A DNA stretch of 64,000 nt, taken from Alphaproteobacteria bacterium. Its GTDB lineage: Bacteria; Pseudomonadota; Alphaproteobacteria; GCA-2746255. The stretch covers positions 1,344,001 through 1,408,000 of the forward strand of contig OZ252220.1 in the NCBI GenBank assembly GCA_965249135.1, in the 5' to 3' direction. Below are positions 55,683-64,000 of this stretch, piece by piece. The stretch's first letter is position 1; the number at the start of each line of letters is the position of its first letter. A model generated the notes under the pieces. The model was not told the origin of the DNA, did no database searches, and was given only the letters and a program-made list of their open reading frames with translations. A program made the position numbers and the translations under genes.

Positions 55683-56003
55683 ATGTTTATAGCCATGAAC
55701 AGATTCTCCATCGTGAAGGGCGAAGAGATGGCGTTTGGGCGCATGTGGGCCGAACGGGACAGTCATCTTCACGCGGTTCCCGGCTTCGTCGAGTTTCACC
55801 TCCTCCGAGGCCCAGAGGAAGCGGATCACACGCTCTATGTTTCCCATTCAATTTGGGAGACGGCAGATCACTTTGAGGCCTGGACAAGGTCCGAAGCTTT
55901 TCGTAAAGCACATGCCCATGCAGGCGGCGGAAAAGCTCTGTATTTAGGCCCACCAAGGTTCGAGGAGTTTGAGGCCGTGCAGATCATCTCCAGTGAGACC
56001 TAG
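55683..56003 (+). CDS. ABM-fold monooxygenase, IsdG/HmuQ heme-degrading type
   Basis: MFIAMNRF (Asn), PGFVEFHLLRGP, FEAWTRSEAFRKAH (Trp, His) - IsdG NWH triad. Confidence 0.85.
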   Translation: MFIAMNRFSIVKGEEMAFGRMWAERDSHLHAVPGFVEFHLLRGPEEADHTLYVSHSIWETADHFEAWTRSEAFRKAHAHAGGGKALYLGPPRFEEFEAVQIISSET

Positions 56004-56065
56004 CTCCAGACCTTCGCGGCGGCTCGCGTCACAAGCCGGACCGGGTGGTCTGACTTCGGGAGAAT

Positions 56066-56791
56066 CTAGAAGAGGTACCTGACCGCGATCGGGTAGCCCT
56101 TGTGCTCGGGGTGCGCGTAGTGGCTGGCGTGCAGCATCGTGAGATTATCGATGAGCGAGATCTCGCCCACGCCTTCCGGCGCGCGCCAGCCCAGCTCGAC
56201 CATCACCTCGCCGAACAGCGGGTCGATGTCCTGGTCCTCGAACAGCTGATATAGCGGCCTGAACTTGTGTTCGCCGTGGCCCTCCTTGACCGCCTGGAGA
56301 TAGGCGGCGGCGTTGGCGAGTACCAGCGTCGAGGAGCTGCGCGGCTGGCACTGCACCGGATCGAAGGGGTCGCGCCAGAACAGCGAGATGCCGTCATCCT
56401 GGGTGTGGCCGCGGTCGATGTGGAAACTCAAGGACGGGAACACATTGCGCTGGCTGCTCGCGCGCTCGCGGTCGGGCAGGTAAGCGTTGCTGAGCGTCAA
56501 TGGGCCGAAGCAATGGAGCAGCGCGCGCAGGCCCTCGTCCAAGCGCCGCCCGTCGTCGTGGACCGCGAGTTCGACGGGCGTCTCGAACGCGATCGACAGT
56601 CCGAAGTGGCGAAACGGGAAGTCCACGTCGAGCATACTCAGGCGCCGGCCATAGTGCCGCTCGATGCGCGCGCCGTAATCGGGGATCACGATCCGTGCGG
56701 TGTAGGCGGTGGCGTTCATGCGCCCCTCGACGGGCGTGCGCGGGTCCCGCTGCAAGGCGGCGAGGGCGGTGGGGCTGAGACCAAGCGCCAT
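56066..56791 (-). CDS. Hypothetical protein, compact TauD/clavaminate synthase-like non-heme iron oxygenase
   Basis: FHID (HxD), SSTLV, W....GEISLIDNLTMLHAS (distal His), terminal VRYL. Confidence 0.6.
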   Translation of the reverse strand: MALGLSPTALAALQRDPRTPVEGRMNATAYTARIVIPDYGARIERHYGRRLSMLDVDFPFRHFGLSIAFETPVELAVHDDGRRLDEGLRALLHCFGPLTLSNAYLPDRERASSQRNVFPSLSFHIDRGHTQDDGISLFWRDPFDPVQCQPRSSSTLVLANAAAYLQAVKEGHGEHKFRPLYQLFEDQDIDPLFGEVMVELGWRAPEGVGEISLIDNLTMLHASHYAHPEHKGYPIAVRYLF

Positions 56792-57376
56792 CTAGCGCAC
56801 CATGCGCGAAAGCTTTCGCACCTTGGTGAACACCACATCGCGCAGGTGTTCGGCGACCGTGTCGACGTCGCGCTGCAGGACAGGCAACAAGGGGCACTCG
56901 CGGTCGAGGTTGGGCTCCAGCGAAAAAGTCGTGTCCGCGTTGTCGTCGTCGGAGAAGGTCAGCACCACGCGCCAGGGAACGCTCAGCTTCTCGGCCAGGT
57001 AAAGCTCCTTGACCGCATCGGCGAGCACGCGCAGGTGCACCACCGATTCGCAATAGAACCAGACCCGCGGGATCTTCCACAGCTTGCCGTCGGAACCGTT
57101 GTGACCCCCGCAGGACCAGCAGGGGTGGAAGGCCTCGAGCCGCTTCAGCTCGTAAACCAGGGGCGCGATGACGCTTTCCAGGGGATGGTTCTCCGGGTCG
57201 CTGGATATCATCCGGGGGATATCGGGGCAGTGGCGCGAGCAATGCTCCGGGCTCGCGTGCGGACAGTTGGGGGAGCAGACCGGCTCGTCCCTTGAGTCGC
57301 TGCGCAGAATCTCGCAAAGCTCCTCGCGAATCTGGTCGGCGCAGATGCCGCCGTCCTTGCGTCGCTTAATTCTCAT
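56792..57376 (-). CDS. Hypothetical Cys-rich protein with SCxGH motif
   Basis: CSPNCPHASPEHCSRHC, IAPLVYELKRL..FHPCWSCGGH; stop abuts next ATG. Confidence 0.7.
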   Translation of the reverse strand: MRIKRRKDGGICADQIREELCEILRSDSRDEPVCSPNCPHASPEHCSRHCPDIPRMISSDPENHPLESVIAPLVYELKRLEAFHPCWSCGGHNGSDGKLWKIPRVWFYCESVVHLRVLADAVKELYLAEKLSVPWRVVLTFSDDDNADTTFSLEPNLDRECPLLPVLQRDVDTVAEHLRDVVFTKVRKLSRMVR

Positions 57377-57466
57377 CGCTGCCCACCCGAATGCCTGCAG
57401 AGCCAAACCCCGAGGCGTGCCCGTCGCGGTAGCAGGTCAAGGATAAGCCAGGATGATTATGTCGCG

Positions 57467-57490
57467 GTTAACAGGGCATAGTTAACAGGG
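57467..57490. promoter_or_regulatory. 10-bp direct repeat upstream of the unknown gene pair
   Basis: GTTAACAGGG at 57467-57476 and 57481-57490. Confidence 0.4.
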
Positions 57491-57505
57491 ATGGAGGTAG
57501 GAACC

Positions 57506-58294
57506 TCAACCCTCCGCCCAGCGGGCGATGATCGCCTGCAGTGCGTTGAGCCCATCGGTGAGCGCGGCCGGGCCCGGCTGCAGGATGATGGAGGACTTGA
57601 TCTCGTGAAGCTCGCTGGCTTTGATCGCCGGCACACGATCGAAGCCGGGCCGGGCGCGCACCTTTTCGGGTACGAAGCGTTTCCCGCACCACGAACCGAT
57701 GACGATGTCCGGCGCACGGGCGATAACCTCCTCGTGGGTGACGAAGCGGTCCTTCGCAGCCTTGCCGCCCGCACGTTCGGCGAAGATGTCTTCGCCGCCC
57801 GCAATCGCGATCAGTTCGGACACCCAGCCGATGGCGCTGATCAGGGGCTCGTTCCATTCCTCGAAGAAGACCTTCGGATGCTTGGGGAGTCGGGCGGCGC
57901 GCTTACGCGCATCATTGAGCCCGGCATTTAGTCTTGCGATCAACCGTTCCGCACGCTCCCCTGCCCCGATCAACATCCCCAAGGTCTCGATCATGCGTAA
58001 GATTCCGTCGAGGTCACGCTGGTTGAAGGCATGCACCTCGATACCGCGGCGGACCAAATCGGCGACGATGTCGGCCTGGAGGTCGGAGAAGGTGAGCACG
58101 AGATCGGGCCCAAGTTCGAGAATCTTCTCGATCTTCGCCGAGGTAAAGGCGCTTACCTTCGGCTTGTCACGACGCGCCTGGGGCGGGCGCACCGTGTAGC
58201 CGCTGATGCCGACGATGCGGTCCTCCTCGCCAAGCAGGTAGAGCGTTTCCACGGTCTCTTCCGTGAGGCAGACGATCCGTTCCGGCGTGCGCAT
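57506..58294 (-). CDS. Cobalamin/iron-siderophore-binding protein (BtuF/TroA-like)
   Basis: ERIVCLTEETVETLYLLG, PDLV, PKVFFEEW, ILQPGPA. Confidence 0.85.
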   Translation of the reverse strand: MRTPERIVCLTEETVETLYLLGEEDRIVGISGYTVRPPQARRDKPKVSAFTSAKIEKILELGPDLVLTFSDLQADIVADLVRRGIEVHAFNQRDLDGILRMIETLGMLIGAGERAERLIARLNAGLNDARKRAARLPKHPKVFFEEWNEPLISAIGWVSELIAIAGGEDIFAERAGGKAAKDRFVTHEEVIARAPDIVIGSWCGKRFVPEKVRARPGFDRVPAIKASELHEIKSSIILQPGPAALTDGLNALQAIIARWAEG

Positions 58295-58481
58295 GAAAGC
58301 ATTCTAATGGGAAGCCGCGCGGGCGCGAAAGCGCCTAGAATCAACCGAAATTCAAGTTTTTGAAAGCGATGTGGCCGATCCTGCTCGGTCAATGCTAGGG
58401 TCGGTAAGTCTTGGTTTTGAATCCAGATGAGGACAAAAACCACCCATATCAAGGGTGGAATCATCCACTTAGGGGGAAGCT

Positions 58482-58880
58482 ATGAAAGAAGCAAAAGTTT
58501 TGAGCGTGGCTATGTCTGCCTGTTTATTGGCAGGCTGTGCTTCGGTCATTTCGGGCTCGACGGATACGATCACGGTAAATTCCAATCCACCGGGCGCCGT
58601 GTGCAATCTGAGCCAGAACAACCGAAACATCGGGCAAGTCATGACGCCGGGAGGGATTTCGGTGGAGAAGACGAAGCACGACATCCAGGTAACGTGCAAG
58701 AAGGATGGCTACCAAACGGCTACCGGATACCTGGATTCGGAAATCGAAGGTTCGACATGGGGAAACATCATCCTGGGTGGCGGGGTCGGCTGGGTGATCG
58801 ATTCGGCATCCGGTTCCGATAACGATTATCCCGATTACATCACGGTCACCCTCGTACCCATTCAAGCATCTGCACAATAG
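58482..58880 (+). CDS. Putative lipoprotein (PEGA-like)
   Basis: Lipobox LAGC, ITVNSNPPGAVC, CKKDGY, WGNIILGGGVG. Confidence 0.8.
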   Translation: MKEAKVLSVAMSACLLAGCASVISGSTDTITVNSNPPGAVCNLSQNNRNIGQVMTPGGISVEKTKHDIQVTCKKDGYQTATGYLDSEIEGSTWGNIILGGGVGWVIDSASGSDNDYPDYITVTLVPIQASAQ

Positions 58881-58903
58881 AATCCTGGTTCAAGGAAGAA
58901 GAC

Positions 58904-59353
58904 GTGGTTGAGCCGAACGACAAGGACATGCCGGACGACGATGAGGGCGTGCTGAATATCAGCCCGGAGAAGGTCTGCTACATCATCATCAAGGCCCGCG
59001 AGTTCGACGTGAAGGTCGCACCGGCAGGCCTGGACACCGGGGACAACCCGACCGACGACAAGAACATCGAAATCCTCGAGGACTATGCGGACGATCCCAC
59101 CTTTCAGGAACTGGTGAGCGCGCTCGAACTCCTGAACGAGGACGAGAGCATCGAGTTGCTGGCGTTGATGTGGCTGGGACGCGAGGACTATACGGCGGAG
59201 GACTGGCCGGAGATGCTCGAAGAGGCGCGCAACGCCCATGACGAAAAGATCGTCGCCTATCTGGTCGGCACGCCGCTCTTGGGCGACCACCTCGAGGAAG
59301 GGCTCTCCCAGCTCGGTTATTCCTGCGAGGAATACGAGATCGACCGGCTTTAA
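58904..59353 (+). CDS. DUF3775-domain protein
   Basis: ISPEKVCYIIIKAREFD, LLALMWLGR, YLVGTPLLGDHLEEGL. Confidence 0.82.
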   Translation: MVEPNDKDMPDDDEGVLNISPEKVCYIIIKAREFDVKVAPAGLDTGDNPTDDKNIEILEDYADDPTFQELVSALELLNEDESIELLALMWLGREDYTAEDWPEMLEEARNAHDEKIVAYLVGTPLLGDHLEEGLSQLGYSCEEYEIDRL

Positions 59354-59368
59354 GGGCGAACCATCGCA

Positions 59369-60604
59369 ATGGCCGTCGAGCCAACACTGAAGCGCAGCCT
59401 GACGCTGCCGATGATCACGCTTTATGGGCTCGGCACCACCGTCGGCGCCGGCATCTACGTGCTGATCGGCAAGGTGGCGGGCATGGCGGGCCTTTATGCG
59501 CCGATCGCCTTCCTCGTCGCCTCGCTGATGGCCGCCTTCACCGCCTTTTCCTTTGCCGAGCTGGCGGGGCGCCTTCCCACCAGCGCCGGCGAGGCGGTCT
59601 ACGTCCATGCCGGCACCGGCCTTCGGAGCCTTGCCACGCTGGTCGGCCTGCTCGTGATTACGGCCGGGACCGTTTCCAGCGGTGCGATCGTTCATGGCTT
59701 CGTCGGCTATTTCCATGAATTCATCGCCGCACCCGACTGGCTGATCATCGTTGCCGTCGTGCTCGTACTGGGCGCGATCGCCGGTTGGGGGATCACCGAA
59801 TCGGTTCTTGTCGCCTGCCTCATCACGCTGGTCGAGATCGGCGGGCTTCTTGCCATCATCGGCGGCGGCTTCGATCGGTTCCCGGAGGTGGTCGCGCGCT
59901 TGCCGGAGTTTCTGCCGCCCATCGAAGCGCACGCGTGGCTTGGCATCCTGTTCGGTGCGGTGCTCGCCTTCTATGCCTTCATCGGGTTCGAGGACATGGT
60001 GAACGTCGCCGAAGAGGTGAAGAACGTTCGCCGCAACCTGCCGCTTGCGATCCTGATCACGCTCGGCATCACGACGCTGCTTTACATCCTCGTGAGTGTG
60101 CTTGCCGTCGTGGCGCTGCCGGTGGCTGAGCTTGCCGCAAGCGATGCGCCGCTGGCCCGTCTGTTCGAAGCGACGACGGGTGCTTCCTCGGCGGCCATCA
60201 GCTTCATTGCGATTGTTGCCATGCTGAACGGCGCGCTCATCCAGATCATCATGGCCGCCCGCGTGCTTTACGGGTTGAGCGCCCGGGGCTGGCTGCCGGC
60301 CGGCTTAAGCCGCGTGCACGGCTTCACTCGCACGCCGCTTTTCGCCACGGCGCTGGTGACGGCGCTCCTTATGGCGCTGGCGCTCTGGCTCCCCTTGACG
60401 ACCCTTGCCGAGACGACCTCGGTCGTGACGCTCACCATCTTTGCGCTTGTGAATTTCTCGCTGCTTCGGATCAAACGAAAGGGGCCGGCGCCCGCCGGCA
60501 TCCGCACGGTGCCGGCCTGGGTGCCGTTGTTAGGCTTTCTGGTAAGTGCCGGCTTCGTGCTTTTCCGCCTCACCGGCGGCTTCGGCGCGGTAGGTCTGTT
60601 CTAA
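59369..60604 (+). CDS. APC family amino acid permease
   Basis: LYGLGTTVGAGIY, AFYAFIGFED, multiple TM helices. Confidence 0.9.
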   Translation: MAVEPTLKRSLTLPMITLYGLGTTVGAGIYVLIGKVAGMAGLYAPIAFLVASLMAAFTAFSFAELAGRLPTSAGEAVYVHAGTGLRSLATLVGLLVITAGTVSSGAIVHGFVGYFHEFIAAPDWLIIVAVVLVLGAIAGWGITESVLVACLITLVEIGGLLAIIGGGFDRFPEVVARLPEFLPPIEAHAWLGILFGAVLAFYAFIGFEDMVNVAEEVKNVRRNLPLAILITLGITTLLYILVSVLAVVALPVAELAASDAPLARLFEATTGASSAAISFIAIVAMLNGALIQIIMAARVLYGLSARGWLPAGLSRVHGFTRTPLFATALVTALLMALALWLPLTTLAETTSVVTLTIFALVNFSLLRIKRKGPAPAGIRTVPAWVPLLGFLVSAGFVLFRLTGGFGAVGLF

Positions 60605-61806
60605 GAAGCAGCGGGGATACGCACGCACCCTTCGGCATGCAGCCGTTCGATCGCGTCCTCATCGAGCCCGATTTCCTCGAGCACCGCGCGGCCGTGCGCG
60701 CCCAAGGCCGGCGCCTGCATGGCGCTGTCCTCGTCCGTGAACGGTTTCGCACCCATCACATGGGGAAGCGGCAGGCGGCCCATGCCGGGTTGTGTCCCCC
60801 AAGCAAACAGCCCACTTGCGGCCACTTGCGGATCGGCGAGGAAGGCCTCAAAATCGTTCACCGGCGCATGGAGCACGTCGGCCGCCGCCAGCGCCGCGGT
60901 CCATTCGGCGGTCAGCTTCTCAATAAAGCGCGCTTCGAGCAGTGGCAACAGCTCGGCCTCGTTCGCCAGGCGGCCATCGGCGCTTGAGAAGCGGGGGTCT
61001 CTCGCGAGCGCCTCCCGTCCGATCGCCTTACAGAGCCTTGCAAACTGACCGTCTTCCAGCGCCACGACGGCAAGCAGGCCATCTTCCGTGGCCACGATGG
61101 CGCGGGGCACGGCGAGCTTTCCGGGCGGCTTGCCGCCCGTGGCCACGTGTTCGGCGAGGCCACCCGCCTGAAGCCAGGCCGCCGTCTCGAGCAGGCTTGT
61201 TCGAAGGTGGCGGCCCCGGCCGGTCTTCTCACGCACGAAGAGCGCCATCGCGATCGCCTGAAAGAGATTGAGCGCCGCCGCCAGGTCGACGATCGGGATC
61301 GGCATCTTGTGGGGCACACCGTCGGGGCCGCGATTGAGATTTAAGATCCCACTCACCGCTTGGACGATCGAGTCGGTCGCAGCCCGGTCCCGATAGGGGC
61401 CTTCCTCTCCGAAACCGGTCAAGGAGACATAAATGAGTCCGGGATTTAGGGATTTGAGCGCCGGATCTCCCAGCCCAAGGCGATCCATGATGCCCGGGCG
61501 GAAGTTCTGGATCAGCACGTCGGCGCGCGCGGCGAGCTTCTCTAAAATCCCACGCGCGTCTTGGCTGCGAAGGTCGAGGGCCAGGCTTCGCTTGCCCCGG
61601 TTGCCGGCGACGAAGGTGGCGCTTTGCCCTTCGAAGGCCTGGCCAAGGCGGCGCGACCAGTCGCCTTTTGCGTCCTCGACCTTGACGACGTCCGCCCCGT
61701 AGGCAGCAAGCAGTCCGCTGGCGCCGGGTGCGGCGATGCCCTGGGCGAGCTCGACCACGCGTATGCCGGCAAACGGAAAATCCGGATCGAAATCTTTTTC
61801 CGCCAC
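60601..61806 (-). CDS. Family III CoA transferase (CaiB/BaiF)
   Basis: FAGIRVVELAQGIAAP, NRGKRSLALDL, NFRPG, PIVD; GTG start after GGAGG. Confidence 0.88.
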   Translation of the reverse strand: MAEKDFDPDFPFAGIRVVELAQGIAAPGASGLLAAYGADVVKVEDAKGDWSRRLGQAFEGQSATFVAGNRGKRSLALDLRSQDARGILEKLAARADVLIQNFRPGIMDRLGLGDPALKSLNPGLIYVSLTGFGEEGPYRDRAATDSIVQAVSGILNLNRGPDGVPHKMPIPIVDLAAALNLFQAIAMALFVREKTGRGRHLRTSLLETAAWLQAGGLAEHVATGGKPPGKLAVPRAIVATEDGLLAVVALEDGQFARLCKAIGREALARDPRFSSADGRLANEAELLPLLEARFIEKLTAEWTAALAAADVLHAPVNDFEAFLADPQVAASGLFAWGTQPGMGRLPLPHVMGAKPFTDEDSAMQAPALGAHGRAVLEEIGLDEDAIERLHAEGCVRIPAAS

Positions 61807-61944
61807 GCTGTCTTCGCCTCCCTTTCGTTTGTTCATCGGCAAACTAGCATATTCGCAAAGCCCCATTTCGGCGGCACGCCTTGTTCGGGCGTGTGCTTTG
61901 TGGTGGAATAAGTTACGCAACCGAAACGACCGCATCGTTTTCCT

Positions 61945-62295
61945 ATGGCGATCGAATTCGAGCCCGTCTCGGCGCTGCATTTCTGGCGGGAGACGATCGT
62001 CCAAAGCCTCAAGAAGGAGGCGCCGGATCTGACGACCCGGCAGATGGCGATCCTGCTCACCATCTATCTGACGCCGCCGCCCCACACGGTGCGGGGGATT
62101 GCCAAATCCTTGAACATTTCGAAACCAGCGGTGACCCGGGCGCTCGATCGGCTGGGCCGCCTCGAGCTGGCGCGGCGCAAGCGGGACGAGGCCGACCGGC
62201 GGAACGTGCTGGTCCAGCGCACGGTCAAGGGATCCGTCTATTTAAGCGAGTTTGCGGATGCGATCCTTGAGGCCGCCGGCAAAAGGCGGTCCTAG
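61945..62295 (+). CDS. MarR family transcriptional regulator
   Basis: DLTTRQMAILL, TVRGIA..LNISKPAVTRALDRL, DRRNVLV. Confidence 0.9.
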   Translation: MAIEFEPVSALHFWRETIVQSLKKEAPDLTTRQMAILLTIYLTPPPHTVRGIAKSLNISKPAVTRALDRLGRLELARRKRDEADRRNVLVQRTVKGSVYLSEFADAILEAAGKRRS

Positions 62296-62301
62296 GGCCT
62301 T

Positions 62302-62333
62302 AAAAAACCCCGCTCATTGGCGGGGTTTCTTTT
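62302..62333. terminator. Bidirectional intrinsic terminator between marR and trxA
   Basis: AAAAAACCCCGC-TCATTG-GCGGGGTTTCTTTT. Confidence 0.8.
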
Positions 62334-62357
62334 AAGCTTCTTCGGGCGAGCCTTGGT

Positions 62358-62678
62358 TCAAAGGATCGATTCGATCCATTCCTCGATTTTGCCTTTCGCC
62401 ATGGCGCCGACGCGCATGCCGGCAACCTCGCCGTCCTTGAACAGCATGAGGGTCGGAATCCCCCGGACCCCATAGCGCGTTGGTATTTGCGGATTGCTGT
62501 CGATGTCGACTTTGGCGATCGATACGCGGTCGTCCATCTCTTGAGCGATTTCTTCCAAGATCGGTGCGATCTGTTTACAGGGTCCGCACCACTCGGCCCA
62601 AAAATCGACAAGCACCGGACCGCCGGCCTGAAGGACGTCCTTGTCGAAGGACGCATCCGTCACATGGGCGATATTCAT
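62358..62678 (-). CDS. trxA: Thioredoxin
   Basis: WAEWCGPCK, GIPTL. Confidence 0.96.
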   Translation of the reverse strand: MNIAHVTDASFDKDVLQAGGPVLVDFWAEWCGPCKQIAPILEEIAQEMDDRVSIAKVDIDSNPQIPTRYGVRGIPTLMLFKDGEVAGMRVGAMAKGKIEEWIESIL

Positions 62679-62734
62679 TCCTTCATCCCGCGTGGTTTCG
62701 GCTGGCTAGAATCTAGGTAGTGCCAGATAGAGCG

Positions 62735-64000
62735 TCAAGGCGCGTAAGGACGAAGAAATTCCTCCTTTAATGGCATGAGGTTAGGGCCGTCCGTCCACAA
62801 CAACGCCGCGCGCGTTTCCCGCTCCGGAAAAATCTTCGAAAGTAGACTCATATATGCCGCCATCTGCCGAAGGTACATTTCCGGCGTCGCTTCCGGTGTG
62901 GCGGGTGGTTCGCGCTGCGTTTTGTAATCGACCACAAGAACCGTTTCTTCCGTGACAAGGAGTCGATCCACCTGACCGGCGATCGCCTGGCCGTTGATTT
63001 CGCCGATGATCGGCACCTCCGCACGACTGCCCGGACCAAAAAGAGGCGCGAAAGCCCCGGTCTCGAGAATGGCGAGCACTTCCTTCGCCATCGCTTGCTG
63101 GTCGTCTTGCTTCAAGGCGTGACGCTTCTCGGAGAGGTAGCTCCGACAGGCGCTCGGGCGCTCAGGCACTGCGAGTTCGGGCAGGAACTGAAGCAGGCGA
63201 TGAACGATCCGGCCGCGATGGAAGCGCTGGCCTAAGTCCTCGCCCACGGGTGAGCGGACGGCGGGCGCGCTCCCTTCCAATTTCGATGGCGTAAGCATGC
63301 GGGACGTAAGAGGCTCCGGCGGCGCCGGATGGCAAGCCCATGCCGGCAGGCCACCAACTTCGGAGACGATGGCTTCGGCGCCTCCTCCCTTGCCGGCATC
63401 TGCCTTTTGGTCTTCCTCGAACCGCAACCCCTCGCCGCCAATGGCAAGCGGGACCGGACGCATGCGCTTTTCCAGCCCCTTGGCGATGAGGTCGTACCAG
63501 CAGCCCGGCTGCCGCGGCTCCCATCCGGCGACGTAGAGACGGTCTTCGGCACGCGTCAGCGCCACGTATAAAAGACGCCGGTATTCCTGATCGCGTAGCA
63601 TGCGCTGCGCCTCGCGCGCGGCGCATGCCACCTTTTCCTCATGGGCGCGGCGCGGTACCCAGAGCGCAGCGGCAGGCGCGTCCTTCGCGCCGAGCCAGAA
63701 AAGCGGCGCATCTCTTTTCCCGGGCATCCGGCAGGTGTCGGGCAGGAAGACGATCGGCGCTTCCAATCCTTTCGCGCCATGGACCGTCATGACGCGCACC
63801 TCATCACGGTCCTGTTCGAGGTCGCGTTTTATTTCCGCTTCGCCAGCCGCAATCCAATGGAGGAAGCCTTCCATCGCGGGCGCATGCACTTTTTCGTAAG
63901 AAAGGGCGAGATTCAAGAATTCGTCGATCGGGTCGTTCACCTCGCGCCCAAGGCGGCTGATCAGATGCTCGCGTCCGCGCCCCGGACCCAAGAGCGAGGC
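62735..64000 (-). CDS. addA: Double-strand break repair helicase/nuclease AddA, C-terminal part
   Basis: MTVHGAKGLE, RRLLYVALTRA, RecB nuclease motif GQVDRL..VVDYKT; upstream of trxA. Confidence 0.93.
   Translation of the reverse strand, partial: ASLLGPGRGREHLISRLGREVNDPIDEFLNLALSYEKVHAPAMEGFLHWIAAGEAEIKRDLEQDRDEVRVMTVHGAKGLEAPIVFLPDTCRMPGKRDAPLFWLGAKDAPAAALWVPRRAHEEKVACAAREAQRMLRDQEYRRLLYVALTRAEDRLYVAGWEPRQPGCWYDLIAKGLEKRMRPVPLAIGGEGLRFEEDQKADAGKGGGAEAIVSEVGGLPAWACHPAPPEPLTSRMLTPSKLEGSAPAVRSPVGEDLGQRFHRGRIVHRLLQFLPELAVPERPSACRSYLSEKRHALKQDDQQAMAKEVLAILETGAFAPLFGPGSRAEVPIIGEINGQAIAGQVDRLLVTEETVLVVDYKTQREPPATPEATPEMYLRQMAAYMSLLSKIFPERETRAALLWTDGPNLMPLKEEFLRPYAP

Noticed and set aside
57510-57518. 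CCCTCCGCC matching the tRNA-Ser 3' end as a possible attR
   Set aside because: Only 9 bp, GC-rich, inside a coding sequence, and no integrase present; chance is likely.

Overview
GC-rich chromosomal window from an alphaproteobacterium, probably Rhodospirillales-like. This is judged from the conserved gene order argJ/secA/accA/xerD/aroK/aroB, bolA-dnaJ-cobS-cobT, ffs-dnaX-ybaB-recR, pheA-kdsB-cytochrome c, yejABEF-lepA and trxA-addA. The first accessory region (1-16.9 kb) is a catabolic cluster. Its left arm encodes a BadI-type 2-ketocyclohexanecarboxyl-CoA hydrolase, an unknown DHSWG-motif protein, a cyclopentanol/cyclohexanol-dehydrogenase-like SDR, two old yellow enzymes and an acyl-CoA synthetase. 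It also holds the 5' end of an acetone-carboxylase-alpha-like gene that the ORF track missed. Its right arm is a TetR-led Atu/Liu-like operon for branched acyl-CoAs. Together these suggest an oxygen-independent route that carboxylates and ring-opens cyclic (possibly methyl-branched) ketones; this is inferred, not demonstrated. The second accessory region (54.8-59.4 kb, after tRNA-Ser) has a truncated globin with an atypical distal pocket, a GIY-YIG protein, an IsdG/HmuQ-like monooxygenase and a translationally coupled pair of unknowns (Cys-rich SCxGH protein plus TauD-like oxygenase). Also seen: a frameshifted TipF-like EAL gene, a 30-bp tandem duplication over the recR stop, a lipid-anchored cytochrome c and an unlisted 46-aa membrane protein. 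No CRISPR array, integrase-led element or transposase was seen. All family assignments are by eye and memory of motifs; no database searches were run.
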